Shown in pieces: positions 1 to 10,700 of a DNA stretch of 49,892 nt; the first letter of the stretch is position 1; each line of letters opens with the position of its first letter. The notes below the pieces were generated by a model. It did not search any database. It saw nothing but the letters and a program-made list of their open reading frames with translations, and had not been told where the DNA came from. The DNA lies in assembly GCA_032718475.1 (NCBI GenBank), contig JAUCBJ010003190.1:1-49892 (forward strand), given 5' to 3'. The DNA is from Nemertoderma westbladi. Its lineage: Eukaryota; Animalia; Xenacoelomorpha. The position numbers were made by a program, and so were the translations under genes.

Positions 1-2
1 TA

Positions 3-3000
3 TTTAATCCAGCATTAACAGGAATATTTATTGAAATAAGTGACTCAATTCAGAAAATTATTAAAATAACTTGGGATTTGACTAGAAATTACATCGACAC
101 TATTGTAATTGTTGTTGTTCTAGTTGTGTGTGTATATGACATATGTGTAATGAATAGCATCCTGTTTCTTATCATTATAATATGCATATTGCCCTTGTGC
201 CGAGGCATAAGAAGTATGTTATTTCTTGTTATGAATATTTATTGTAGTATTTCTACATTACTAAGAATGGTTTACCAAGTCTCTACTATTCAAGAATGGT
301 TTGATGAACAAGTATTCCATCAAGTATTTAAATGCACCAACCAAACTCCACCATATAAGACAACACATATTGGTGATTATGACTATGCACACGCTACTCA
401 AAGATGGGTCGGACTACGCAAATTACATGAAAATGATGAGCAATTAATTGCTTATCTTAAGGGACAGTTAGCTGTAATTGCTGTAACCATTCTTTACTCT
501 ATAATAAACTACTGCAACCACTCAATAACCAATCGGCACAGTGATTTACATCAGATTAATGAAAACACATTGAAATTTATTAAAGATTTATCAAACATGA
601 TTTACAAATACGTAGCAATTGAGATTACGGCAATTTGTATTGCAGCTAACATCTGCATGCGAATGGATGCTGTGGCTATTTGTCAATGCATATGGTTGTT
701 CATTGTGTTGCTATTGAAGTGCAGACATAAGAGGTTGTCCAGGATTATTTGGAGGGCATATTTTCTAGTGGATCTGATTTTGGTATTGATATTGTATTTT
801 ATGCAACTGCTAATTCCATGCAAAAAGTATCCCTGGCATAAGGATGTATCTAAGAATTTTGTTCGTTGGTTGAGCTTGCCTGTTAATGGAAACATTGAAA
901 ATGGATACCTTCCACAGCTGTTTGTAACAGATTTTCTTATTCTTTTATCCTTGTCATGGCAACTTCAAATTCGAGATCCAGCTGCGCCAGAAATTAAATA
1001 CCATCTTTCTGTACCCGAACTGAAAGAGGGGAGAGATTTTATTAAACACCATGGAACATATTTTCAAATCCTAGTGCAAATTATTTATAATTATTTCCAC
1101 GTAGTGACATTGGCGATCGTGTGTTGGACAGGTATAGATTCAGTATCAATTACTGGCCTTGGTTATGTCATATTGTCTCTCTACTTATTATGGAGTGGCC
1201 ATCACGCAATTATACACAGTAAAGCAGCATTAATTCGACAATGGAACATTTTGGTTAACTATATAATTGGTGTAATTTTCATCAAATGTTGCTTTCAATA
1301 CGTTTCATGTGTTGAACATGAAAAAATATATGGCGATGACAATTGTCTATTAATTAATATCATTAATGTAGACTGCATTCGACATGATTACAATATAGAC
1401 CTAAAATCAAAGTGGGACCATTGCAAAGTGGAACTACCATCGGAAATTGGCTACATTTGTATGGATCTAATTTGCTTTGCATTTGCTGTAATTCAGAGAC
1501 GGATTGTAGGATACAGATATATCAGTGTTTGTCATTGGGAGTATAAAATGGGTAACTTACAAAGGCAGAGAGGCGGCGAACTTATAAATGAGGCTTCAAG
1601 AGAAGAAATTAGGCTTCGTCGACATGAGGAACAAAGCATTGTTGAAGAATTAAAGAAAGCTGTTGTTAGCATTAAATATAGACATAAACAAAGCATCTTG
1701 AAGCATTATAAAGAACCACAGGTGCATGTTCAAGCAATTTATAGAGGAGATAACTTTGATTATTCTGACGAAGTTATGGAAGACTTAACAGGCCACAATG
1801 CCGATATAAGTGGTATCTTTAAAAGAAGTCGTCATACAACTGCATCTTATCAAAGGCAATCACTACATCAAATAAATTACGATTGTGAAGTAGGGAGCCC
1901 TGAAAATATCAGTGAAGTGAACAACCATCATACATCATCATCCAAGAACAGTGATAACAATACACCTGTATTATCTCACAATTTAGACTCATTTGAAACA
2001 GAATCTAAGGATAAAGATATGCAAACATTGTTAATCAAGAAGCATCAAAAAGATGATGATCTTTCGATAGCCTACGATTTCATACCAGGATATTGGAGGC
2101 TTATGATATTTATTGACGAGTTAATTGACCTACTCGATAACACAACGGCTGATTTCAGAACAACCTCAAGAATATTAATATATGAAAGAAGACAAATGTG
2201 GGAAAAGATGGAGAAGGGAGAATCATTTGAAAGTGTACAGGATTGGTACAATCAAAGAGTAATATATGCACCAATTTACCGAAAGAAGAGGACAACATTA
2301 CCCAGCATAATTGAGAATATGGGTGAGGATTTTATGGACAGTAACCACCCACGATTGCTACGAATTTTGTATGGTCTCTACCATTGCGCTGTGAAGTACT
2401 CAAATATAATTGTATACTGCATCGTCATGTTAAATCAAACCTTTTACCCCTCAATTCTCTCTATGGTTTTACAACTGGCAGCACTTTTGTGGGGAATGTT
2501 GTGTATCCCACGACCTGGTAAATATTTTTGGATTTTTATGGCAGTATATGCGACGTTAGTTATCATAATAAAGTACATATTACGTATTGGATATCACTCG
2601 AATTTATCAACAAATGCATATTCATTTTTCATTATACTTTTGGGGGATGATAGAAGTGTGCATAGCTACGACATTGCAGTTCTTTTCTCAATAATATTTC
2701 ATATTTTTGTACTTGAGATATATGGTCTGTGGACAGATGGAAATAATGTATTAACAGAGTGTACCACCATACGTCAATTACCTACGGACAAGAGCATCGT
2801 TTCAAAAGAATCTTATGATTCAGGGATGCCAATAGAACCAACGATGAAAGGCATAAGGGCCACACAAAGCATAAAACCTCAGACACTTATGGGAGATATT
2901 ACAAACTTTTGCAAGCAATTGACAAACACGGATATGAAACCCCAAAATGATGTGTACATGTTTATGTTCCTTTCTGATCTGGTTGCATTCTTGATTTTTG

Positions 3001-4556
3001 TTTTCAGCTTTAGCAGCTTCTTTGGCCAAGGTACAAACATGGGCAATGAAGATGTTACATCCATATTTAGAGATACGAAGGTATCAACAACTTGGTTATG
3101 TTTGGGTATGTTGCAGTTTGCATTACTACTCATGGATAGGGCACTGTATCTCAATAAATTCATTAAGGGAAAATTTCTGCTCCAAATTATTATGGTTTTT
3201 ACAATCCATGGATGGCTTTTCTTATGGGTGCCAGCATCTACAAAAAAAAAAATAACAGAAAACAGAGCGGCACAATTTTGGTATCTTTTTAAGTACATCT
3301 ACTTTGCACTGAGTGCATATCAGTTAAGAAGCGGATATCCCACCTTGATATTGAATAACTTCTTAACAAATTCATTTTCCATGGTAAGATATTGCCTCTT
3401 CAAAACTTTTCTGGTGATTCCTTTTCTGGCAGAGATGCGATACATAATGGACTGGATGTGGACCGACACAGCACTCTCTTTAGACAGATGGGTAAAAGTT
3501 GAGTGTATATTTAATATTGCATATCTCGCTAAATGCTATAGGGGTTATGAATTGACCTTTCCATATGCTAGAGGTCAAAAGAAAAGTATGGCATGGAAGC
3601 TAGTTTTAGGGGTGATGTTCATACTTTTTCTAAACATAATGATCTGGTTCCCGTTTATATTATATGCACTAGGTGATATTTTAAAAGTATCCAATAAACC
3701 TATTGGTGCAAGTGCCGCGGTTTTTTTCACCCATGGGTCTGATGGTTATGATGTTATTTGGCAGCGTCGAATGACTGACCCTATCATATGCTCACAAGAG
3801 GAAAAATCTAAAATATTGAACGGACAAGGCTTAACGCAAGAACGCATTGATAAATTAAACAACCTTGATATGTACAAATTAAGATTCGAGGAGAGTAGTG
3901 CCACTGTGTGGGCTATTACATCACCAGCTCGACAAAATTTACTGAACAAAACAGAAAATTATAGAATCCACCTTGAGTTGACTGTATTTCTCTCGAATAC
4001 AACAAAGTATCACAAGGATAGTGTCACAAAGAGATTCAATCAAATAATATCGTCAGAAGTAATTGGAGACCTGCTCAAAGGCAAGTCGAATAATGAAACT
4101 AGAGTTGTTCCCATCCTTACTCATTTCTCCATCCAATCGGAAGATGCTGAACTAGACCCAATTAATACCATTACACTTCAGTTGAAAGAAGACAATAGTG
4201 CAGCATACTGGATTATCTCTCAAAAGAAAAACAAAGGCATAGAAATATATGTAACATTGGATTTTTCAGTTGTGCCTGGATTATCATATTTACAAATGTC
4301 TATAGCCGCTCTGTACATCTCTGTTGTGTTCGTAATCAGTAAGTTGCTTCGCCAGTTTTTAGTTGAAGGATCTACTCAGATGATCATGTATGAAGATATT
4401 CCGAACCCAGAGCCTATTCTTCAGTTGTGTCATAACATACATCTAGTGAGAGAGGTTGGGGAATTGACCTTGGAAGAAGACCTCTACGCCCAGCTCATAT
4501 ATATATATCGCTCACCGGAAACCTTAATTCAACTAACTAAATTGAAATGCTTATAG
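3..4556 (+). CDS. PIEZO: Piezo-type mechanosensitive ion channel, 5'-partial (frame is open from the window start; the track's TTG start at 78 is probably not the true start)
   Basis: Multi-TM ORF of ~1,500 aa. It has the Piezo PF(X2)E(X6)W motif (PFLAEMRYIMDW), LSAYQLRSGYP, the outer helix IWFPFILYA and the C-terminus IMYEDIP..ILQLC..IHLVRE.GEL.LEEDLYAQLIYIYRSPETLI. No in-frame stop between 3 and 78. AATAAA at 4595-4600. Confidence 0.95.
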   Translation, partial: FNPALTGIFIEISDSIQKIIKITWDLTRNYIDTIVIVVVLVVCVYDICVMNSILFLIIIICILPLCRGIRSMLFLVMNIYCSISTLLRMVYQVSTIQEWFDEQVFHQVFKCTNQTPPYKTTHIGDYDYAHATQRWVGLRKLHENDEQLIAYLKGQLAVIAVTILYSIINYCNHSITNRHSDLHQINENTLKFIKDLSNMIYKYVAIEITAICIAANICMRMDAVAICQCIWLFIVLLLKCRHKRLSRIIWRAYFLVDLILVLILYFMQLLIPCKKYPWHKDVSKNFVRWLSLPVNGNIENGYLPQLFVTDFLILLSLSWQLQIRDPAAPEIKYHLSVPELKEGRDFIKHHGTYFQILVQIIYNYFHVVTLAIVCWTGIDSVSITGLGYVILSLYLLWSGHHAIIHSKAALIRQWNILVNYIIGVIFIKCCFQYVSCVEHEKIYGDDNCLLINIINVDCIRHDYNIDLKSKWDHCKVELPSEIGYICMDLICFAFAVIQRRIVGYRYISVCHWEYKMGNLQRQRGGELINEASREEIRLRRHEEQSIVEELKKAVVSIKYRHKQSILKHYKEPQVHVQAIYRGDNFDYSDEVMEDLTGHNADISGIFKRSRHTTASYQRQSLHQINYDCEVGSPENISEVNNHHTSSSKNSDNNTPVLSHNLDSFETESKDKDMQTLLIKKHQKDDDLSIAYDFIPGYWRLMIFIDELIDLLDNTTADFRTTSRILIYERRQMWEKMEKGESFESVQDWYNQRVIYAPIYRKKRTTLPSIIENMGEDFMDSNHPRLLRILYGLYHCAVKYSNIIVYCIVMLNQTFYPSILSMVLQLAALLWGMLCIPRPGKYFWIFMAVYATLVIIIKYILRIGYHSNLSTNAYSFFIILLGDDRSVHSYDIAVLFSIIFHIFVLEIYGLWTDGNNVLTECTTIRQLPTDKSIVSKESYDSGMPIEPTMKGIRATQSIKPQTLMGDITNFCKQLTNTDMKPQNDVYMFMFLSDLVAFLIFVFSFSSFFGQGTNMGNEDVTSIFRDTKVSTTWLCLGMLQFALLLMDRALYLNKFIKGKFLLQIIMVFTIHGWLFLWVPASTKKKITENRAAQFWYLFKYIYFALSAYQLRSGYPTLILNNFLTNSFSMVRYCLFKTFLVIPFLAEMRYIMDWMWTDTALSLDRWVKVECIFNIAYLAKCYRGYELTFPYARGQKKSMAWKLVLGVMFILFLNIMIWFPFILYALGDILKVSNKPIGASAAVFFTHGSDGYDVIWQRRMTDPIICSQEEKSKILNGQGLTQERIDKLNNLDMYKLRFEESSATVWAITSPARQNLLNKTENYRIHLELTVFLSNTTKYHKDSVTKRFNQIISSEVIGDLLKGKSNNETRVVPILTHFSIQSEDAELDPINTITLQLKEDNSAAYWIISQKKNKGIEIYVTLDFSVVPGLSYLQMSIAALYISVVFVISKLLRQFLVEGSTQMIMYEDIPNPEPILQLCHNIHLVREVGELTLEEDLYAQLIYIYRSPETLIQLTKLKCL

Positions 4557-5839
4557 GGATGTTATTATGAAAGAAGATACGCTACACAATGCAAAATAAA
4601 ACCATATTTCGTATTTTGAATATTTGAAAGAACCTATATATTAGTCTAAACGTACTTTACTACAATATAGTATGATTCTAAATTATCCATTCTACATATA
4701 TTGGCGTAAATTATTTTATTTAAATTTGCTCTGTTGTGTTTTTAAATACCCCTGAAGATGGGTGTGAAACCCAAAATGCGTATTTTGGCAATAATATTTA
4801 AATTGTAATATTTATATTTTTTGTATGAAGGCTTAAACCCTTGCTCCCGCATTTATTATTCACGATATATTAGTCTAGGCAACTATGGATTAATTCGAAC
4901 AAAATGGATAATTTGTAGTGAGTGTACAGCACATACCATGCCATGTAACATAGTAACATACACTGGTATTCATAACAGTTCCTAACTCGGTTCCGACTTA
5001 CACCATGCACCGGAATATAATGTCGCAATTCAATGACACGACCCCCGACCCTAAATTTTCTACAAATCTTAATGAGATTGCATGAAATTTGAAACATAGA
5101 TAGTTTCACCTCACTCCTCCTCCATGAGTGAGCCAGAAATTTTTGCTTTCAATCTTTGAAAAAATTGTCTCCGGCGATATTCCACCCGTCCACCGCAGTT
5201 ATTCTTCTACTTTATAGCTGTTTGTTGGTACTGATGGAAAGCTGGCAATATATTCCAGACATGTAACACAATATGAATTTCGTCGTAAAATAGTTGAGTT
5301 ATGAGTTTTCAAAAGTTACATCTATTCGCACTGCGCTTGGCTATTTTATTCTATTTAAAAAATACACCATATAAGCCTGGAGGGTTCACGGTCCTACTTA
5401 TATCAGAACAATAATAATAATATCGTCAGACTGTGCCGTTACCGTCACCGTTATATTACCGACACGCGGTTGCGGTAGTGGTACCCGTATGAATAAGCTC
5501 GCTTAGTTTCGTGGCTCGCCCCCACAATCAATTCACTGATATCAGTAACAACCAGAGCTTGATATAGTTGAATGTTCTGTCGATTACCCAATTATATTTT
5601 AAGTAATTAATTGCACAATTATTGTAATAATGTGTAATTTGTGTAAAAACACAATTATTTAATAACGCAATGTAACACAAATATTATACATAAAGATAGT
5701 ACCGAAATATAAACAGTTAAACTAGTCTGAAATCAGTAAAGCTCCAGCACAGTCCGTTTTTAATTAATTTCTGAATCTCTTCTGTTAGCGCATTTGATCG
5801 AAAATGGTTTTATCCACAATTTCAATGTTATAAGATTAT

Positions 5840-5976
5840 GAATGGGAGAAGCCCGGGGTTGGGCTAGGCTGCAGCATTTAAAGCACTGTGCCCATACAGT
5901 GCTGCCCCATCTAGGGATTGAACCCGGGCTCCCTAATCGGAAGCACAGTAATGTCACCACTAGACCAAGCTGCTGC
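5840..5976 (-). mobile_element. tRNA-derived SINE-like element or tRNA retropseudogene (137 bp), tRNA-Gly(TCC)-like head
   Basis: Minus strand has A box TGGTCTAGTGG, B box GGTTCAATCC and a CTTCCGA loop. Acceptor and anticodon stems are broken and there is a ~60-nt non-tRNA tail. Flanked by the exact direct repeat TGTTATAAGATTAT at 5826-5839 and 5977-5990. Confidence 0.8.
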
Positions 5977-6074
5977 TGTTATAAGATTATTATACCTCGT
6001 TAGGAGCCGCGTGTAAATCCTCCGGTCTGGCACAGACAAACGTTATGTACGCTAGGTTACCTTCAAATTAAGGA

Positions 6075-6215
6075 CTTTTGAATGTTTTGTATCCCTTTTT
6101 TTCCCTTTGGCCACCAGACTTCCCATTCGGCTTTCTATGGATCTCTTCTGTGACCTCCTCTGCCAAGAATTCTCAATTACAGGCATTATGTTCATCTATG
6201 GCTGGAGCGGGTAAA
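6075..6215 (-). pseudogene. Possible old LINE reverse-transcriptase fragment
   Basis: Minus translation N*EFLAEEVTEEIHRKPNGKSGG...GYKTFK resembles the 'EEV..AI..L.NGKSPG.DG...E.FK' block preceding non-LTR RT domains. Contains a stop. Confidence 0.35.
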
Positions 6216-6596
6216 TTTAATATATTGTTGCCAATCAGTCTTGTATCTTCATCCTGATTGTATAGATTGCATAAGGCTAATATTTAGCGAATCAATTATT
6301 TTGTTACGTTTTTCACCCTGCTGAATAAAAATATATCACCCAAGGAAATGTAAAAATGAAAATAATTAAGGATATAATGGAGGCCCCTAAGTTGTGAGGA
6401 AATGTGCTGATTAAAATGTGGGACTGGACGTCTACAAAAAAATATAGTATTGCCTTATTCAATTCAAGCAGCCAGTCTACAGTAGTAGGCATACTCAGTT
6501 CTACAAACAAAGTATGACTTAAGTGAAATTCAATTTTATAAACAACTGTCAAAATGAATTCCTTCTACTGATGGCAATGCAATGAGGAGGTAGGTG

Positions 6597-7399
6597 TGCA
6601 TGAATGTTTAACTAATCTCAAACTAAAACGGGCGGAAAAGCCAACCAACAACCAAGGTTAAGGCTGAATCACCAGCCCCATCGCCTCAATGGTTGGAAGG
6701 CCCACTTTGAAAAGCTCCTCTGTAATGACAGGACAGGGTATTTCCTGATAACTTTATAGAAGTAAAAGTGTCTGAGTCTGTAGTCCCAGATATTTCCATT
6801 GGCGATATCTCCTTTGCAGAAGTGAAGGCTGCTGCAAAGAGCATTAAGACCAATCGTGCCAGTGGAGTAGATGGTGTTCCACCTGAGGTCTTTAAAATAC
6901 CTGAGTGTTTAAAGCTCATCTATCCCATCATAGTAGACATGTACCGAACAACAAGAGTCCCACAAGAAATGAAAACAAATAAGTTGGTGCCAGTTCCCAA
7001 GAAGGGCAACCTAACACTCTATGGTTCTTTTCGGGGAATCTCATTAATCTCGATTGCTGCAAAGCTATACAATAGAATTATATTAAATCGCATCAGGGAT
7101 CCCATTGAGAGACTGCTCCGTGGAAATCAGAATGGGTTCTGTAAATGTCGTGGGACCATGGAGCCCATTTTGGCACTTAGAAGGATAATTGAAAAAAGAA
7201 ATCAAAAAGAAGTTATCAAAAAAGAAAGACAGGTATTTGGCTGTTATCTTTGTTGACTTCTTCAAGTCCTTTGATTCAGTCTCTCGCACACGTATGTTCA
7301 GTATACTTTCATTATATGGGATTCCTGATGAAATTATTGCAGCAATCAGATCAGTATACGATGGTTCGACAACATTTGTGTCTACTGTTGAGTTGATGG
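6597..7399 (+). mobile_element. RTE-like non-LTR retrotransposon (LINE), 5' part, frameshifted; 5' boundary approximate
   Basis: Broken frames give GRKSQPTTKVKAESP, RLNGWKAHFEKLL, RASGVDGVPPEVFK, VPVPKKGNL...FRGISL, NQNGF, IFVDFFKSFDSV and YGIP, which are RT subdomains 0-3. Frameshift in the A-rich run near 7190. Confidence 0.88.
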
Positions 7400-7665
7400 T
7401 GTTAGAAGTTGAAGTGTATATATCGAATATCATTATAATATATTAGGCCTACTAGCCAAACATGACTGCAGATATATAAACCTAGCGCAGTACAGCAGTA
7501 CTTCTGACAGTCATTGTAGATGCTCAGTACCGGTTGCCGGTAGCACAATGATAAACTATAATGTAATACAACTAGAGTATTTAAATTTCCCACCACACCC
7601 TTAAGATACTGATTATCGCATAATATATTGTCATACAGTTTAAAGGTAAGTTACAGTTTCTAACA
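7400..7665 (-). repeat. 3' LTR of the Copia element
   Basis: Direct repeat of 12148-12413 (offset 4748). One difference seen (C7493 vs T12241). Confidence 0.97.
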
Positions 7666-7674
7666 CTCCCACTT
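7666..7674 (-). promoter_or_regulatory. Polypurine tract of the Copia element
   Basis: AAGTGGGAG on the minus strand directly abutting the 3' LTR. Confidence 0.8.
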
Positions 7675-7705
7675 GACAATAATAATTATGCGACATTGAA
7701 TTTAA

Positions 7706-10700
7706 TTACTCTAATGAAATAAGACCAATTTTTGAGCAATGATATTCAAATATCGCTTTCGTGAGTCCCTTTGTAAACATATCAGCAGTCATTTCCTTCG
7801 AGCTGCAGTATTTAACAGTAACAATATTACGAGCAATTAGTTCTCGAATGAAATGAAACCTGACATCGATATGTTTAGTACGATTGTGGAAGACAGGGTT
7901 CTTCACTAGTGCAATAGCACTCTGGTTATCCTCATACATCATTACTGGTTCAACCTTTGACAATAATATGTTTGCTATCAAGATGCGCAACCACTTTGCC
8001 TCTTGGGCAGCTGAACTTAATGCAACATATTCTGCTTCTGTTGAAGATATTGCCACAATGTCCTGTCTCTTGCTTCTCCAGCTAACAGCACAATCTCCTA
8101 CAAAGAATATATATCCAGATGTATATTTACGAGTTTCAGAACATCCTGCATGATTAGCATCTGAGTATCCACTTGCAGAAATCACTGAAGTTTCTTTAGC
8201 ATTATATTTTAAACCTACATTCAATGTACCACGGATATAACGAAATACACGTTTTACCCCCTTCCAATGTGCCTCTGATGGATCTGACATGTATTTACTT
8301 AAAATACCAATAGATGTAGCTAAATCTGGTCGAGTTCCAGTCATTGCATATGTGAGACTACCAATCGCTGTTTGATAAAGAGTTTTGTCAGCTGGTTTCT
8401 CATCATCAGTTCTCTTCTCGAATTTCACATTTGGATCAATTGGGGTAGCAACTGGTTTGCAGTTTAGCATACCAAATCTCTCAAGTACATTTTCTAAGTA
8501 CTTTGATTGATTTATAGTCATTGTCCGATTCTTACGATCCCTAGTAATCACCATTCCAAGAATATATTCTAATTCTCCTTTATCAACCATTTCAAATCGA
8601 CTAGATAATGTACATTTCTCTTGCATTAATATTTCATCATCACTTGATGCTATGAGAATATCATCTACATAGAGAACAATGATTACTACAATATCATTGA
8701 CATACTTGATATACATGCACGGATCAGCTTCATTTTGTTTGAATCCATTCGAAGTTAGATGCTTATCAATTAATTTATTCCAGCATCTAGAAGATTGTTT
8801 TAAACCATAAATGGCCTTTTTTAGTTTGCAGACGAAATCAGGACGTTTGTCATCAACATAGCCCTCTGGTTGCTTCATATAGATTTCTTTCATAAGTTCC
8901 CCATTTAGAAAGGCTGTTTTAACATCCATTTGATGTATTGACCAATTCAGTTGATTTGCAATAGCTAATACTGTACGAATAGCACTGTATTTAGCAACAG
9001 GTGCAAACACTTCATCATAGTCTATCCCATATTCTTGAGTAAAACCACGTGCCACTAGACGGGCTTTATAACGTTCAATGGAACCATCAGGTTGATATTT
9101 ATATTTGAGAATCCATTTGCAATCAACAATATTTGCATCTGCGGGTGCTTTTACCAAAGTCCATGTCTGATTCTTTATTAGAGATTCATATTCAGTATCC
9201 ATTGCCTCTCGCCAATAATCACCATCATTTCGTGACCATGCTTCTTTGAGTGTTTGAGGTTCAATACTCTCCTCCTCTACAATCATGGCCTTCGGCCATT
9301 CAATTGTACCCAATCGGTCTGGTGGCTTACGTTGACGTGTTGGATAATGATGAACACTTTTTGATGTTGATGATGAAGTCATTTCACCTTCATTGATTGT
9401 TTCCACTACAGGTTCATCATCTAAATCAAACCCATGAAATACTTCACCATCAGATGAAGACACACTATCTCCTATAGTCTCAATCTCCATAGCCTCTTGA
9501 TTATTTACAATGTTTGATGTATGATCAACTATACTCGTCCTAGTCTGTTGAGCCTCTTGATTATTTACAATGTTCGATGTATGATCAACTATACTCTTCC
9601 TAGTCTGTTGAGCCTCTTTTACAACTAGCTCCCCTTGATCAACATCGGAACTTTCCTTCATATATGGAGGTTTTAATATTGGATTTGTGACACGATTTGA
9701 CATCTTTGGAAAACTATTTTCAAAGAACTGTACATCACGACTCTCATAAATCCGCTTACTCTCTGGCTCATATAATCTATAACCCTTAGACTTTCCACTA
9801 TATCCAATAAAGATGCACTTACGAGCCTTTGCATCGAGTTTCTTTCGTTTCTCTCGTGGTAGATGCATAAATGAATAACATCCAAAAATTCTCAAAGAAC
9901 TTACATCTGGTTTATTGCCAAACCAAACTTCATAGGGAGTCGACCCTTGAACTGCATTTGTAGGACATCGGTTGCGAATATAAACAGCAGTGCTCACAGC
10001 TTCTGCCCAGAACTGTTTTGATAATCCTGCTGCATATAACATTGACAATGCAAGTTCCATAATTGTGCGATTCATGCGCTCTGCAACTCCATTTTGTTGT
10101 GGATTATATGGAACAGTGAATTCATGCATAATTCCTTTAGATAAACAATACTCTTTTAATGAGGTTGAGTTATATTCGCCACCATTATCTGAACGTAATA
10201 TCTTTACAGTTCGACCAATTTGGTTTTCAACTTTTGCTACAAAATCCTTGAAGCATTGAAATAGTTCACTTTTATGCTTCAATATATAAACTGTTGTATA
10301 TCGTGATTTATCATCAATGATAGTAGCAAAATATTTAGAACCACCAATTGATTCAGTGTCCATAGGGCCACATATATCTGAGTGAACAATATCAACTAGA
10401 TCATCTGCCCTACGAGAAGAATGTGTAGGAAATGGGACCTTGTGCGATTTCCCTAGTGCACAACCCTCACAATTCGTATTGAAGGTTTCTATATCACAAT
10501 TAATTCCACTTACCATTTCATTATCCAATAATTGCTTTAAGCTATCAATTCCTACATGACCAAATCGTTCATGCCATATTTGACCAAGTAAAGAAGTAGC
10601 AACCAATGCAGAATTACCAGTATGTACTTCAAGTTTATACAAGTCACCATCCACTCTACCATTTGCAATTACTTGTTTTCCATAACCAATTTCACATTCT

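Noticed and set aside
683-3949. Short ORFs overlapping Piezo (and the similar ones overlapping Copia, PDK and MGME1)
   Set aside because: Shadow frames of real genes with no recognisable motifs.
4990-5340. Possible non-autonomous DNA transposon remnant
   Set aside because: Looks repeat-like, but I could not define termini or a TSD.
5900-5976. Functional tRNA gene
   Set aside because: Acceptor and anticodon stems do not pair properly, and the element is bounded by a TSD.
6118-6210. 93-bp plus-strand exon (pyrimidine tract-CAG ... G|GTAAAT), possibly of HAUS4
   Set aside because: No frame resembles HAUS4, and the opposite strand looks like a LINE RT relic. RNA-seq would settle it.
7402-7596. 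Duplicated 64-aa ORF (also 12150-12344)
   Set aside because: Incidental ORF inside the two LTRs.
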